Source: Anaerolinea thermophila (lineage in GTDB: Bacteria; Chloroflexota; Anaerolineae; Anaerolineales; Villigracilaceae). Taken from it: a stretch of DNA of 64,000 nucleotides. The first letter of the stretch is position 1. Each line of letters starts with the position of its first letter. A program made the translations under genes and the position numbers. The DNA lies in contig DYKZ01000001.1 of NCBI GenBank assembly GCA_020722345.1, forward strand, positions 18,108 to 82,107, given 5' to 3'. Positions 24,861-34,020 of this stretch are shown piece by piece. Under the pieces are notes generated by a model. The model was not told where the DNA came from, searched no databases, and saw only the letters and a program-made list of their open reading frames with translations.

Positions 24861-25466
24861 TTACTGAGCGGCCTTCGCCTTGTCGCGGGTATGACCCGGG
24901 GCGACGGCTTCCACGTCAGCGCGGGTGATGCCGGCAGAGCCATACAGCTTCTCCACGGCGGTCATCGCGGGCTTTCCGTCCTTGGTCCAGTGGGTGTCGT
25001 CCGCCGGGTCCAGGCCCAGGACCGCCTTCTGGAGCTTGGTGTTCAGCTCCACGGTCGGCTCCTTCGCCGGATCGGTCAGGACCGCCGGTTGTCCGTCCCC
25101 ATCGGGTACGCCCCCGGCTTGCCCGGCTTCGGCTTCGACACCTCCGCCGCTGACAGGTGCCGCGTCACCGGCTTCAGTCCCGCCCCCGTTGGGCTGAACG
25201 TCGCTGTGTACCGGCTGTTGGCCGTCCGGCTGGGAGCCTTCTTGAAGATCACGCTGGCCATCGGGCACCTCCTTCAGTGCGGGGTGTCCTTCCGGGTAAG
25301 CCTGCCAGTTGCGTTCGAGGAAGCGGGCGTGCAGGGCGACCTCCTCCGCCGGAGCGGTGATGGTCAAGCGGCCCTTGTCGAACGGGTAGGGCTGACTGCC
25401 CCGGCGGACGGTCTTGCCCGCCAGGGGTCCGGTCAGGACGAAGGTTGTTTGAATGATGGTGGACAT
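24861..25466 (-). CDS. hypothetical head-module protein
   Basis: 201 aa with a Gly/Pro/Asp-rich central linker. It lies downstream of the capsid gene. Confidence 0.5.
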   Translation of the reverse strand: MSTIIQTTFVLTGPLAGKTVRRGSQPYPFDKGRLTITAPAEEVALHARFLERNWQAYPEGHPALKEVPDGQRDLQEGSQPDGQQPVHSDVQPNGGGTEAGDAAPVSGGGVEAEAGQAGGVPDGDGQPAVLTDPAKEPTVELNTKLQKAVLGLDPADDTHWTKDGKPAMTAVEKLYGSAGITRADVEAVAPGHTRDKAKAAQ

Positions 25467-25490
25467 TTGTACAGTTCTCCGGGGTTGGTG

Positions 25491-26069
25491 TTAGACCTGG
25501 GCGACGGGGGCCAGGACGTTCGGGATCACGGCGTTGTCCGCCGGGAGCACCACGGTCAGGTCGGCAGCGGCAACTCCGCCGTCCGTGATCGTGCCCACGA
25601 GGGAGGCGATGGAGGCCGAACCGCCCGGGGGGATGATCGACACTTCCAGCTTCTGGTCGCCCAGGGCGTCCGCCGTACCGGCGACGGTCAGGGTGTTCGT
25701 GGTCGCGTTGTAGGCGGCGTTGGCGATCCCGTCCAGGGCGTTCAGCGCGGTCACGAGGGCCGCGGCGATTTCGTCCACGGTGTTGTCGGTCGCATCGCCC
25801 ACGACAGCGACGGTGCGCGGTTCGTCTCCGCCGGTGCCGAAGCCTCCGAGGATCGCCACGCGGAAGGTCCAGCCGTTCCAGTCGGCTCCGGCGGTGATTT
25901 CGGTCACGGTCGAATCGTTGAGCCAGGCCAGGCCGTCGCCATCGAACTTGGCGGCAGCGGCTTGCTTGGCCGCGGTCGCGGAGGCGGCGAAGACGTCCAT
26001 GGCGGCAGCGCCATGGACGAGGGGGTGGCCGGATTTCGTCCGATCCCGGGTCACGAGGTAAGCAAGCAC
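25491..26069 (-). CDS. hypothetical head-module protein (possible decoration protein)
   Basis: 192 aa, Ala/Gly/Thr-rich. It is the first gene after the capsid terminator. Confidence 0.5.
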   Translation of the reverse strand: MLAYLVTRDRTKSGHPLVHGAAAMDVFAASATAAKQAAAAKFDGDGLAWLNDSTVTEITAGADWNGWTFRVAILGGFGTGGDEPRTVAVVGDATDNTVDEIAAALVTALNALDGIANAAYNATTNTLTVAGTADALGDQKLEVSIIPPGGSASIASLVGTITDGGVAAADLTVVLPADNAVIPNVLAPVAQV

Positions 26070-26091
26070 GATAGCGTCTCCTGAGTGCGTT

Positions 26092-26129
26092 CAAACAAAA
26101 GGGCGGACCAGTCTCAGACCGGCCCGCCC
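26092..26129 (-). terminator. Rho-independent terminator after the major capsid gene
   Basis: The - strand RNA reads GGGCGGGCCGGUCUGAGACUGGUCCGCCC followed by UUUUGUUU. Confidence 0.65.
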
Positions 26130-26175
26130 TTCGGGTGCTGCGCGGGGTAGAACCCTCCCCGATAGGGGCGAGCCC

Positions 26176-27108
26176 TTAGTCGAGGATGCCGTCCGCGGCA
26201 GCAAGCCCCTTCTCACTGAACAGAGCCAGGCCACAGTACCACTTGACGCGCCAGATGTGCTCATCGGAGTCCTCCGACTCGCCCACGTCCACAACCTGGA
26301 TGCCCGCGGCCTGGGTCGCGGTCAGACCGGCGATGCCGTGGGTGCGGCTCCCGTCATCGAACGTGCCAGCGAAGATCGTGGTGGAGCCCGTGCTGGTGCC
26401 CTTGGTCTGGTCGGTCGGGATATAGTCGTTGCGGAAGATCGGGGTGCCTGAGTAGGCCGGGACCTCCGCCCCGCTGGGCAGCTCGACCACTTCGTTGACG
26501 GACGCACCACCCAGGGCGCGGAGCAGCGCCTTGTAGCTGCGCAGGGTACGCGCATGCATGGTGATGTAGTCCACCTGGCCGTCCTTGTCCACCACGAGGT
26601 CCATCAGCTCATCCAGGATGTCGAACGAGAGGGCGGAACCGTTCGCGCCGGTGTCCGCCTTCTGGGAGGCGGCATACAGCTGGATCAAGCCAGCGAACTC
26701 GTTGCCCGCGCCGGTGCCGTTGATCAGCTGGTCCTGGTACTTGCGGCCAGCGGACTTCGCCTTGGAGGCGATCTGGACAGCGGTCTGGTCGTTGCCGTCG
26801 CCGGAGCGGGTAGCCTGGATCAGGCCGTTCACTTCGGCGTCACCCATGATGGTGGTGAGGTTGGAGTTGACCTTGGTGAAGGTCGCAGCGCCCTTACCAG
26901 CACCGGCGCCGGAGAAGGTCGTGCCGACACCGGCCATGATGACGTCGCCAAGGACGTTCTCGCGGTTGTACGCGAGGCTGTTGCCTTCGATGGAATCGAA
27001 GGGCAGGACGTCAAACATGCGGTTGACGGTGATGATGTTTTCGATCACGCCAGCAACCAGTTCGTCCTGGGCCAGCTTGGCGCTTTCGGCAAGGGTAACA
27101 GAAGCCAT
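26176..27108 (-). CDS. major capsid protein
   Basis: 310 aa, lying directly after the scaffold gene and bracketed by terminators (consistent with high expression). The N-terminus is MASVTLAESAKLAQDELVAGVIENI. Confidence 0.8.
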   Translation of the reverse strand: MASVTLAESAKLAQDELVAGVIENIITVNRMFDVLPFDSIEGNSLAYNRENVLGDVIMAGVGTTFSGAGAGKGAATFTKVNSNLTTIMGDAEVNGLIQATRSGDGNDQTAVQIASKAKSAGRKYQDQLINGTGAGNEFAGLIQLYAASQKADTGANGSALSFDILDELMDLVVDKDGQVDYITMHARTLRSYKALLRALGGASVNEVVELPSGAEVPAYSGTPIFRNDYIPTDQTKGTSTGSTTIFAGTFDDGSRTHGIAGLTATQAAGIQVVDVGESEDSDEHIWRVKWYCGLALFSEKGLAAADGILD

Positions 27109-27258
27109 GATTGGCCCTCCTTCAGAAGTTGATGACTCAAGCGGTTTTCAGCCGTGCCGGATCACCCGGTGTTCCGTCGCGGCCCGCGGAATCACTCCTG
27201 TGGGCCTTCGCCTCTGGCTATACAACCAAAAGTGACGTCAGTATAGTACCAAGTTGCG

Positions 27259-27296
27259 AAAAAGGGAAGCCCCCTGGCCAAACTTGGGGGCCTCCC
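27259..27296 (-). terminator. Rho-independent terminator after the scaffold gene
   Basis: The - strand reads GGGAGGCCCCC-loop-GGGGGCUUCCC followed by UUUUUCG. A TATACT hexamer (27240-27245) lies just downstream of it. Confidence 0.6.
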
Positions 27297-27303
27297 CGAT
27301 CCG

Positions 27304-28086
27304 TCACGCCCGACCGCGGCCCGCCTTGAACTGACCCTTGGCGAGGCCCTGGGCGATCTTTTCGTTGGCCGTCAGGACCTTGCCCTGCTGGCGCGGAGGC
27401 GTCTGACCGCCACGCGGAGGCATGCCGCCGCCCGCCGGGGCTTCCGACTCGAACAGGCGGCCATACTTCTCGTTGGCCTTCATTTCGCTGACCAGCTCGC
27501 GGATGGTCATGGGCTGGCCGGTCACGCCCGAGTAACGCTGGTCACCCTGGGCATCGACCACGAACACCTTGAATTCACCGTCCTGCTCGACAACCTTGAC
27601 CTGGTTCTTGATGAACGGCAGCAGGAGTTCCGGGACGCCCTTCAGCTCCGCGACGGCGGCAGTGGCGGCGTTCTCGACCAGGAGCCCATACAGCTGGTTC
27701 TGGAGGGCTTCGGCGCGGGCTCCGGCCTTCTTCAGGTCCTTCGCGTGCGCATCGGCCAGCTCCTGGCGAACCTTGTCCAGGTTCAGCTTGGCTTCGCCGC
27801 CCTTGGCCAGTTCGTTCTGGAGTTCGGTCAGCTTCGTGGTGATGTTGGCCTTGATTTCCTCCGGCGTCGCACCGAAGTCAGCCAGCGGGGTCAGGTCCAC
27901 GGAGGTCTTGGCCTTCGCCTCCGCACGAGCAGCCTTGAGGGAGCGGTTCAGGCCGGTCACGGCCTCCACGATCCCCTTGTGGGCTTCGTCCGGGACGTAC
28001 TTGCCATCATCGCCCTGCTTGTAGATTCCCCGGAACTGTTCCGGGACCTTGTCGATGGAATCGACCGGAGTGAATTCAAAGTCCAT
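27304..28086 (-). CDS. scaffolding protein
   Basis: 260 aa, charged and helical (AEAKAKT.., LQNELAKGGEAKLNLDKVRQELADAHAKDLKKAGARAEALQNQL). It lies between the minor head and capsid genes. Confidence 0.75.
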   Translation of the reverse strand: MDFEFTPVDSIDKVPEQFRGIYKQGDDGKYVPDEAHKGIVEAVTGLNRSLKAARAEAKAKTSVDLTPLADFGATPEEIKANITTKLTELQNELAKGGEAKLNLDKVRQELADAHAKDLKKAGARAEALQNQLYGLLVENAATAAVAELKGVPELLLPFIKNQVKVVEQDGEFKVFVVDAQGDQRYSGVTGQPMTIRELVSEMKANEKYGRLFESEAPAGGGMPPRGGQTPPRQQGKVLTANEKIAQGLAKGQFKAGRGRA

Positions 28087-28154
28087 AATTGTATCCTCAT
28101 TGTCAGCGGATCACCCGCCAGTGTTGTGCCTCACGCACGGTTCATATTGTAGCC

Positions 28155-29363
28155 TCAGAACTTTTCAGGGTCAAGGCCAGCCTTGCGGAAGGCGTCCGGC
28201 TTGCGCTCCGCGAGTTGGGACAGGGTCAGCTCGTTGCCGGCCCGATCCACAAATTGGTCCACGTTCAGCCCGCCCTCCCGGAACAGCTTGGCCTTGGTCT
28301 TGCCCAGGACCTCATCCTGGAAGCCCGCGGGCTGACGCTTCAAGAAGTCCTGATATGTGGTCGCCGCCGGAACCCGGCCCACGTTCTGCGCGGCCCAAGC
28401 CTTCCTGATGTCCTGGATCGGCTTGCCCTGCTCCTTCGCCATCCGGCGGAAGTCGATTTCACGCTTGGCGCGGGTCCGGGTGTCCGTCACGGTCGGGCGA
28501 TTGCCCAGGAGGCCCACGCCGTCGATGTAGGCGACCATCACCGACCGGCAGTTGAAGTGGGCCGGGGGCTTCGCGTCCTTGGGCTGGAGCAGGGGGATGT
28601 CCGCGGGCAGGTCGTTGTCGCCCACGGGGGTCCCGTGACCGTCCCGGGCGCGGCATACAGCCGTGGTCCGACCGTCCAGCGTGCTCACCCAGACCTTCGC
28701 CGTGATGATGTCGCTGTTGGCGTCCCAGACGTAGCCCCGCGCGGTGTTGGACACGTGGTTCACCGCGGTGCGGACGATCCCCTGGGCGTCCCGCCGGGTC
28801 ATCGACAGGATGCCGTCCGCATAGGCGTTCTTGCGCGTTCCGACCACTCGCCGCACGATGTCGTCAATGGGCTCCCCGTTCGTCATCCCGAGCTGAAGGG
28901 CCGTGGTCAGCCGCTGCTGGTCCGCCGCCTCCAACGTGCTGAACCAGTCCCGGAGGAACCGGCCCTGGAACGGGCGGGAGGTGGCGATGGCCCGGAGCTG
29001 GTCCGCGTTCACCGCCATGAAGCCCACCTCAATCGTGATGGCGGACTGCAGCAGGTCGATTTCGGCCTGGCCTTCGAGGACGGCGAGCTGCCCGAGTTCG
29101 TCCCGCACCAGGGTCTTGTACTCCGCGAGGGCCGCGGCCCGGGCTCCGCGGATGTCCGTGAGCAGGGCCTTCCAGCGTTCGCCGGTGAAGTCCAAGTCAC
29201 GGCCCTCGAAGCGGGCGAGCCGGGTGCGCAGGCGTTCGGTCAGGTCGCGGTCCGCCTCCTCCAGGAGCCGGGCGACCCGCTTGGTGACGCCCGCGGTGTA
29301 GCGGCGCAGGTCGATTTGGTGACGCAGCGCGGCGTCCCGGTATTCCTCATTGAATGTGGGCAT
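28155..29363 (-). CDS. head morphogenesis / minor head protein (Mu F, SPP1 gp7 family)
   Basis: It has the VWVSTLDGRTTAVCRARDGH box and lies directly after the portal gene. Confidence 0.8.
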   Translation of the reverse strand: MPTFNEEYRDAALRHQIDLRRYTAGVTKRVARLLEEADRDLTERLRTRLARFEGRDLDFTGERWKALLTDIRGARAAALAEYKTLVRDELGQLAVLEGQAEIDLLQSAITIEVGFMAVNADQLRAIATSRPFQGRFLRDWFSTLEAADQQRLTTALQLGMTNGEPIDDIVRRVVGTRKNAYADGILSMTRRDAQGIVRTAVNHVSNTARGYVWDANSDIITAKVWVSTLDGRTTAVCRARDGHGTPVGDNDLPADIPLLQPKDAKPPAHFNCRSVMVAYIDGVGLLGNRPTVTDTRTRAKREIDFRRMAKEQGKPIQDIRKAWAAQNVGRVPAATTYQDFLKRQPAGFQDEVLGKTKAKLFREGGLNVDQFVDRAGNELTLSQLAERKPDAFRKAGLDPEKF

Positions 29364-29478
29364 CCCGCTTCTCCATTTCTTTGGGTCCGTTCATGCCGAA
29401 GTGGATACAACGCCCGATCAACGGGGCGAGGACGATGCTCAGGAGGAGCCAAAGCCCCAAGAAGTGCCAGACGTTCAT
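29347..29478 (-). CDS. 43-aa hydrophobic micro-ORF, not in ORF track
   Basis: ATGA overlap with the portal stop. The product is MNVWHFLGLWLLLSIVLAPLIGRCIHFGMNGPKEMEKRDAHIQ. It overlaps the next start by 17 nt. Confidence 0.3.
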   Translation of the reverse strand: MNVWHFLGLWLLLSIVLAPLIGRCIHFGMNGPKEMEKRDAHIQ

Positions 29479-30974
29479 GACTCGCCTCCAGGATTTCCAC
29501 CACCTTCGCCGCCTTCTCCACCTTCGGGCGGGTTCTTCTGGGCCGGGTCCAGGTCCAAGCCAGCGCGGCCCATCGCCTCGCTGATTTCCTCCATCAGCTC
29601 CTCCCAGTCCTCATCCTCATCGAAGTCCTCCGGGAGGACCCCGCGCAGGCGGAGGCCGTTCAGGTAGGTCTTGCGGCTGATGTCGCGCTTCTCGCGTGCG
29701 ACTTGGAGGGCCTGAAGGCCCGGGGCGTCCATTTCCTCCAGGTCATAGTCCTTCACCAGCTCCACGGTGCCGCCGTTCGGCCCAAGGCGGAGCCAGTCCG
29801 CGGTGATGTCCAGGGCCTGGGCCAAGGCGTCCTCGAACAGCCCAGTCATCGCGCTCAGGTCGCTGGTCGCCTCCGCGCTGTCCAGCGCCCGGGCGGTCGC
29901 CGTCTGGTTCCCGGTCTTGCGCTTCAGGAACTCCGCGCCATAGCCCGCCATCTGCTCCTCAAGGTCCTTGAGGTCCGTGCGGCCCGCGGCGATGGCTTGG
30001 CCGGTGTGCTCCACGTAGTAGAACCGGCCCGCCGGGTCCGGGTTGTACAGCACCTTGTTCGGCCCGACCACCACTGGGTCCGAGTCCTCCCCGGACGCCC
30101 CCGAGCAGGCGAGGATCGGGAAGCGGGAGACGGTGAGGATGTGGCGTTGGTCGGAGGCGGACTGCCAGTGCGCCACGTTGAGGTGAGCCAGGTCCAGGAG
30201 CGGGGGCTTGCCCATCATGAAGCCTTGGCGGTCCGCGTAGAAGGTGACCAGCGGGACGTAGTTCAGCCCCGTCGCCCACTCATCCGCCAGCGCCCACTCC
30301 TCCTTCTGGGCGTTGGACTTCTTCACCGGCTCCCAGAGCTGGACAAGGCCCGGCTCCAGGACGCGGATGCGGCGCTTGCAGACCTCCGCGAAGCCGTCCT
30401 GCTCCATGTAGTGTTCGAGGATGCGGACGTGCTGGAGGACTTCGACCCCGTTGATCGCCTCCGACCGGGCGAACAGCAGGCACTCCGGCTTGATCATCAC
30501 CCAGTACGGGCGCAGGCCCTCCCGGCGGTCATCCGCCAGGGTCCGGGGTTGGCCGTCCTCCCGCGGGGCCGGGCGGGGCATGTCGATGAGGACGTGGCAG
30601 AGGGCCTTGGCCATGCCTTCGCGGAACCACTGACGGGCGAACACGTCCAGGTTGTTCCCCTGGAGGTCCACGTCAGGCAGGATCGTCTCCTCAATCGCCT
30701 TGGGCACGTCCTCGTTGAGCTTGATCGGCTCGCTGAAGGGCTTGCCGCTGAGGGTGTCCAGCGTCTGCTCGACCATGTTGAGGAGGACGGCGGACGCCAG
30801 GCGCTCCTGATAGCCCTTGTCCGTCTCCTCCTGGTGGCGGGGCAGGTACGTCTCGCCCGCCTCGCGCATTGCTTCGGTCCCGCCCAGCAGCGTCTCGATG
30901 ACGTGCCAGCGCGGGAGCATCTGGTCATACGCCCCGCTGGTCGTGGCGGGGCTCTTTGGGTCTTTGTCGGCCAT
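29475..30974 (-). CDS. portal protein
   Basis: ATG 30974 has AGGAGAA upstream. About 500 aa, lying directly after terL, with an acidic C-terminus. Confidence 0.8.
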   Translation of the reverse strand: MADKDPKSPATTSGAYDQMLPRWHVIETLLGGTEAMREAGETYLPRHQEETDKGYQERLASAVLLNMVEQTLDTLSGKPFSEPIKLNEDVPKAIEETILPDVDLQGNNLDVFARQWFREGMAKALCHVLIDMPRPAPREDGQPRTLADDRREGLRPYWVMIKPECLLFARSEAINGVEVLQHVRILEHYMEQDGFAEVCKRRIRVLEPGLVQLWEPVKKSNAQKEEWALADEWATGLNYVPLVTFYADRQGFMMGKPPLLDLAHLNVAHWQSASDQRHILTVSRFPILACSGASGEDSDPVVVGPNKVLYNPDPAGRFYYVEHTGQAIAAGRTDLKDLEEQMAGYGAEFLKRKTGNQTATARALDSAEATSDLSAMTGLFEDALAQALDITADWLRLGPNGGTVELVKDYDLEEMDAPGLQALQVAREKRDISRKTYLNGLRLRGVLPEDFDEDEDWEELMEEISEAMGRAGLDLDPAQKNPPEGGEGGEGGGNPGGES

Positions 30975-31031
30975 GGTCGGTTCTCCTGGTTCGCGGATTC
31001 TCGCCCGAAGGCGAGGACCCGGCAAGTTGTA

Positions 31032-32579
31032 TTACATGTTGCCCTGCTTGACGCCACGCAGCTTCTTGCGCACGCGGTAGCGGATCGCGTCACCAATGTG
31101 GTCCTCCGCCTCCGTGTTCACGTCATCCAGGTCCTTGTCATCGCGGGGCAGCACAGGGACCGTCTCGATGGTCTGCTGACACCAGTCGAAGATGAACAGC
31201 CCAGGGACCTCGCGCGGTCCCCCGCCCGCCGGAGGCAGCGCCCCCTTGAGCAGCTTGCGGATTTGCTCCCAGCCCTGCTTGCGCGAGCCTGGGCCCTTGT
31301 CCGCGGGCGTCCAGCGCACGCCCTTCTTCTCCATGTCCACGGCGATGCTGTTGCCGTTCTCCACGTCGAAGATGGAGGAGTCAGCGGGGCCGGGCTTGAC
31401 CCGACCTTCCAGCGCCCAATCCTCCTCCCGGTCCTTCACCCCTTGGGCGACCTCCGAGGCGAGCATGCGGACGCCCTCGTTGCGCGTTCCGTTCCAGCCG
31501 TACCACTCCTGGATCAGGTACAGATCGCCCCGCACCTTCCCGTACACGCGGCCATTCCACTCGAACGGCTCCCCATTCGACTCCGCCCACCAGAGGACGG
31601 CGAAGGGCTTGGAGCTGCCCCAGTCGAAGCTGCGGTCAATCTTCCACCGCTTCGGGATCACCGACAGCGGGACGGAGGGCACCACGTGTACGTCCCCGCG
31701 GTAGATGTCGTCAAACATCCCACCCGCGATGATGTCCCAGGAGCCATGGAGCCAGGCGGCGAGTTCGGAGGGGTTCCGGGCCGCGGCTCGAATCTTGCTG
31801 ATGTACTCCGGGTCAGCGTGGAGCAGGATTTGGTTCTCATAGATGGACCCGTGGATGGCGACCCGGGGCGGCTCGCGCTCGCCGTCGCGCATCGCGTCCA
31901 GGATCACCCGACCGCGCATGTGGGGGAGGCGGAAGCGGGCCTTGACCCAGTTGTGGCCGGGGCCGTAGGGGTTGGTGGTCGCCCGGTAGCAGCGGGGCAT
32001 CCCCGGCTTCGTGGAGCGGCAGCAGGACATCATGACGGTGTAGCACTTGTCATCGGCCCAGTTGCAGAGTTCTTCCCAGCCAATCCACGGATAGGCGTGG
32101 CCGTGGTAGTTCCAATAATCCTCCGGCGACTTCATGTGACGCAGCAGCAGCTCCTCGCCGTCCGGGAAGGTCCACTTGTGCTCCACCTTGTTGTACTTGG
32201 CCCCCGGGAAGATGCGCTTGAACCACTTGTTGGTCTTGTTGATCACGTCCGACAACTGGGGGTAGGTCTGACGGAACAAGATGCCGCGCCACTCCGACCC
32301 GTAGCCCTTCCCCACGTGCTGGAGGAAGTCCATCAGCAGGCAGTCGGTCTTACCCGGGCCGCGCGTCCCCTCATACAGCACCTCGAAGATCGGGTGCGCC
32401 ATGAGGAAGGCGAGCTGCGACCCGTACTGCGGGCACCAGGTCGCCTCCGACTCCTTCCCCGTCTCCGGGTCCACGTAGTAGCCCCGCAGCTCGCCGGGCT
32501 CCGCCTCGCGCCACTCAATCGGGTAGTCCGGGCGGGCGGCGATGGCGACCGCCTTGCTCACTTCGGTCTGGGCGAACAT
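31032..32579 (-). CDS. terL: terminase large subunit
   Basis: Walker A YEGTRGPGKTDCLL, with a C-terminal nuclease-like half (TEAEDHIGDAIRY). Confidence 0.9.
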   Translation of the reverse strand: MFAQTEVSKAVAIAARPDYPIEWREAEPGELRGYYVDPETGKESEATWCPQYGSQLAFLMAHPIFEVLYEGTRGPGKTDCLLMDFLQHVGKGYGSEWRGILFRQTYPQLSDVINKTNKWFKRIFPGAKYNKVEHKWTFPDGEELLLRHMKSPEDYWNYHGHAYPWIGWEELCNWADDKCYTVMMSCCRSTKPGMPRCYRATTNPYGPGHNWVKARFRLPHMRGRVILDAMRDGEREPPRVAIHGSIYENQILLHADPEYISKIRAAARNPSELAAWLHGSWDIIAGGMFDDIYRGDVHVVPSVPLSVIPKRWKIDRSFDWGSSKPFAVLWWAESNGEPFEWNGRVYGKVRGDLYLIQEWYGWNGTRNEGVRMLASEVAQGVKDREEDWALEGRVKPGPADSSIFDVENGNSIAVDMEKKGVRWTPADKGPGSRKQGWEQIRKLLKGALPPAGGGPREVPGLFIFDWCQQTIETVPVLPRDDKDLDDVNTEAEDHIGDAIRYRVRKKLRGVKQGNM

Positions 32580-33109
32580 CAGCTGCCCTCCCCGGTCGGA
32601 CGGCCCACGGTCCCGCGGGCGAGGTCCCCAAACTGGTTCTGCCAGTCGTTGATCGTGGCCGGAGCCCCCGGGACGATCAGCACCCCGCCGGTGCCCGAGG
32701 CGGTCATGCTGGCCGCGTCCTTCCCGTCCTTGAACTCCGCACGATGGGCGCGGAGCATCATGGCCATCAGCGAATCGCTGTACACCCGCTCATAGGTGAT
32801 GATCTCATCCTTGAACTTCCCGCCGATGATCGGGCGCTCCACGCCGTCCCGCGCCCGCTTCAGGGCCGCGCTGAACAGGTGCTCGTCAATCCACGCTTGG
32901 CGGGCGTCCTCCAGAGCCTGGGCAAACTCCGGGTCATTCTTGACATGATAGTCGATGGTGGAGCCGGAGACGCCCACGGCCTCCGCGCACAGGTACTTCC
33001 GCCCACCCAGTTCGGGGTGCGTGCGGAACAACTCCAGGTACTGCTCCTTGCGATCCGAGGTGAATGGCACCATCGGCTTCGGCTTCAGTTTCTCAATTGG
33101 GTGCATCAC
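32579..33109 (-). CDS. terS: terminase small subunit (HTH)
   Basis: 176 aa. Its stop overlaps the terL start. It has the HTH-like segment GGRKYLCAEAVGVSGSTIDYHVKND. Confidence 0.65.
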   Translation of the reverse strand: MMHPIEKLKPKPMVPFTSDRKEQYLELFRTHPELGGRKYLCAEAVGVSGSTIDYHVKNDPEFAQALEDARQAWIDEHLFSAALKRARDGVERPIIGGKFKDEIITYERVYSDSLMAMMLRAHRAEFKDGKDAASMTASGTGGVLIVPGAPATINDWQNQFGDLARGTVGRPTGEGS

Positions 33110-33197
33110 GCTCCCCCCTTCGGTGTGTACTGTTCGTCAATCGCGCATCACGCGGCGATCCGTCCCCGGCCTCACGCCCAAGGACATCCTCGCCGCG

Positions 33198-33226
33198 AGT
33201 ATAGCGTGAGCTTGTACATTAGCCAA
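33198..33226 (-). promoter_or_regulatory. sigma70-like promoter candidate for the packaging/structural operon (TTGGCT-N17-TATACT)
   Basis: Hexamers read on the - strand: -10 at 33198-33203 and -35 at 33221-33226. Confidence 0.35.
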
Positions 33227-33342
33227 GGGCGGGGCGCGCTCGCCCGCGGGGGAGCACGAGGAGCGGGCGGCAGCGGATTGCCCAAGCAGGCAGGCGGCGT
33301 CCTCCGCTTAGGTTCGAGGGGTCGCGCTTCACTTCCACGTCC

Positions 33343-33360
33343 GAAAAAGTAAAAAGTCAA
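33343..33360 (-). repeat. TTGACTTTTTACTTTTTC, left copy of an inverted motif pair
   Basis: The - strand reading equals the + strand motif at 33602-33620 apart from two C/T differences. It is related to the -35 box of the six promoter cassettes. Confidence 0.5.
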
Positions 33361-33392
33361 GCGGGCAAAAAGGCCATATAAAACAGCCCTTT

Positions 33393-33444
33393 ATAGATAG
33401 ATAGATAGATAGATACTTAACTTACTTAACTTACTTACCTTAAC
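33393..33444. repeat. Compound AT-rich microsatellite: (ATAG)x5-ATAC followed by (ACTTA/CTTA) repeats
   Basis: Read directly: ATAGATAGATAGATAGATAGATACTTAACTTACTTAACTTACTTACCTTAAC. It lies in a 550-nt non-coding region of an otherwise GC-rich genome. Confidence 0.85.
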
Positions 33445-33551
33445 CCCTGGGAGCCCTTCGGACAGCAGAAAGCCTCAACAAGGATTCTCTTGGGCCGTCG
33501 CCTCCGGTCGATTTGTCGGGCGAATTTATTTCAGGTAAGAAACCCAAGTAA

Positions 33552-33659
33552 CCTAAGCGCAAGGCGCGGGAACCCCAGCCCCGTATGGCTTAGACCACAG
33601 CTTGACTTCTTTACTTCTTCGAGCATGAACCCAAGCGCACATTTCTATCCCAAGCGCAC
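33552..33659. repeat. Three direct copies of CC(T/C)AAGCGCA(C)
   Basis: Copies at 33552-33561, 33630-33640 and 33649-33659. The last two are identical 11-mers 19 nt apart. Confidence 0.6.
33602..33620 (+). repeat. TTGACTTCTTTACTTCTTC, right copy of the inverted motif pair
   Basis: It contains the CTTTACTTCTTC 12-mer of the promoter cassettes but in the opposite orientation. No credible -10 follows. Confidence 0.5.
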
Positions 33660-33925
33660 TACCCGAAGCTGACGGAGGAGACGCGGCGAACCACGATGAC
33701 GGGAAGGCTTCGCGGCCCGGGGCCTTCGACTTCGACCAGGAGGCGAGGCCCGAGCCCGCGGGACCGCCCGAACGGGGCGTTGCGGCGGTGAGTCCCCGCG
33801 GTGATGTAAGGGGCGGCAAGTTCGTTCGGGTCTGAGCCCGGCGGGACCCGTTCCAGGACGCGGCCCTTGATCCAGAGTCCGTGAGTGTTCTGCCAGCGTA
33901 CCCGGTCGCCCTTGTACAGTCTCAC
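33659..33925 (-). CDS. hypothetical protein
   Basis: GTG start with GGAGGAGG upstream. 88 aa. Confidence 0.5.
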   Translation of the reverse strand: MRLYKGDRVRWQNTHGLWIKGRVLERVPPGSDPNELAAPYITAGTHRRNAPFGRSRGLGPRLLVEVEGPGPRSLPVIVVRRVSSVSFG

Positions 33926-34020
33926 GTCCCGCCTCCTCCGGCCTTCGCCGCGAGGGCGGCGTTGAACCGTTCCGCGAAGGCGATGCCGTTGACATGGGCC
34001 GGGTCCGCCTCATCACTCAT
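33922..34020 (-). CDS. 32-aa micro-ORF, not in ORF track
   Basis: The product is MSDEADPAHVNGIAFAERFNAALAAKAGGGGT. GTGA overlap with the next gene, and the start lies inside the ATGAGTG tandem repeat. Confidence 0.25.
   Translation of the reverse strand: MSDEADPAHVNGIAFAERFNAALAAKAGGGGT

Noticed and set aside
27240-27268. A promoter for the capsid gene using TATACT at 27240-27245.
   Set aside because: The -35 position falls in the terminator tail (TTCCCT) and is a poor match. It could be activator-dependent but is not supportable from sequence alone.
29703-32795. Very long ORFs antisense to annotated genes: 1030 aa at 29703-32795 (+), 682 aa at 15981-18029, 527 aa at 20201-21784, 712 aa at 52971-55109, 591 aa at 24309-26084, 503 aa at 58950-60461, and many others.
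   Set aside because: Their translations are low-complexity Arg/Gly/Pro/Ala/Val-rich strings (for example RRRR and HRHR runs) with no motifs. They lie opposite ORFs with clear family signatures. These are typical shadow ORFs of high-G+C DNA, where stop codons are rare on the antisense strand.
33393-33444. ATAG/ACTTA tandem repeats as a CRISPR array or tRNA-like element.
   Set aside because: The units are 4-9 nt with no spacers, there are no cas genes, and no cloverleaf can be drawn. They are simple microsatellites.
33602-33640. A rightward (+ strand) promoter from the inverted CTTTACTTCTTC motif.
   Set aside because: No acceptable -10 hexamer lies 16-18 nt downstream (ATGAAC / AAGCGC), and there is no + strand gene to drive. 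It is kept only as a repeat or possible binding site.
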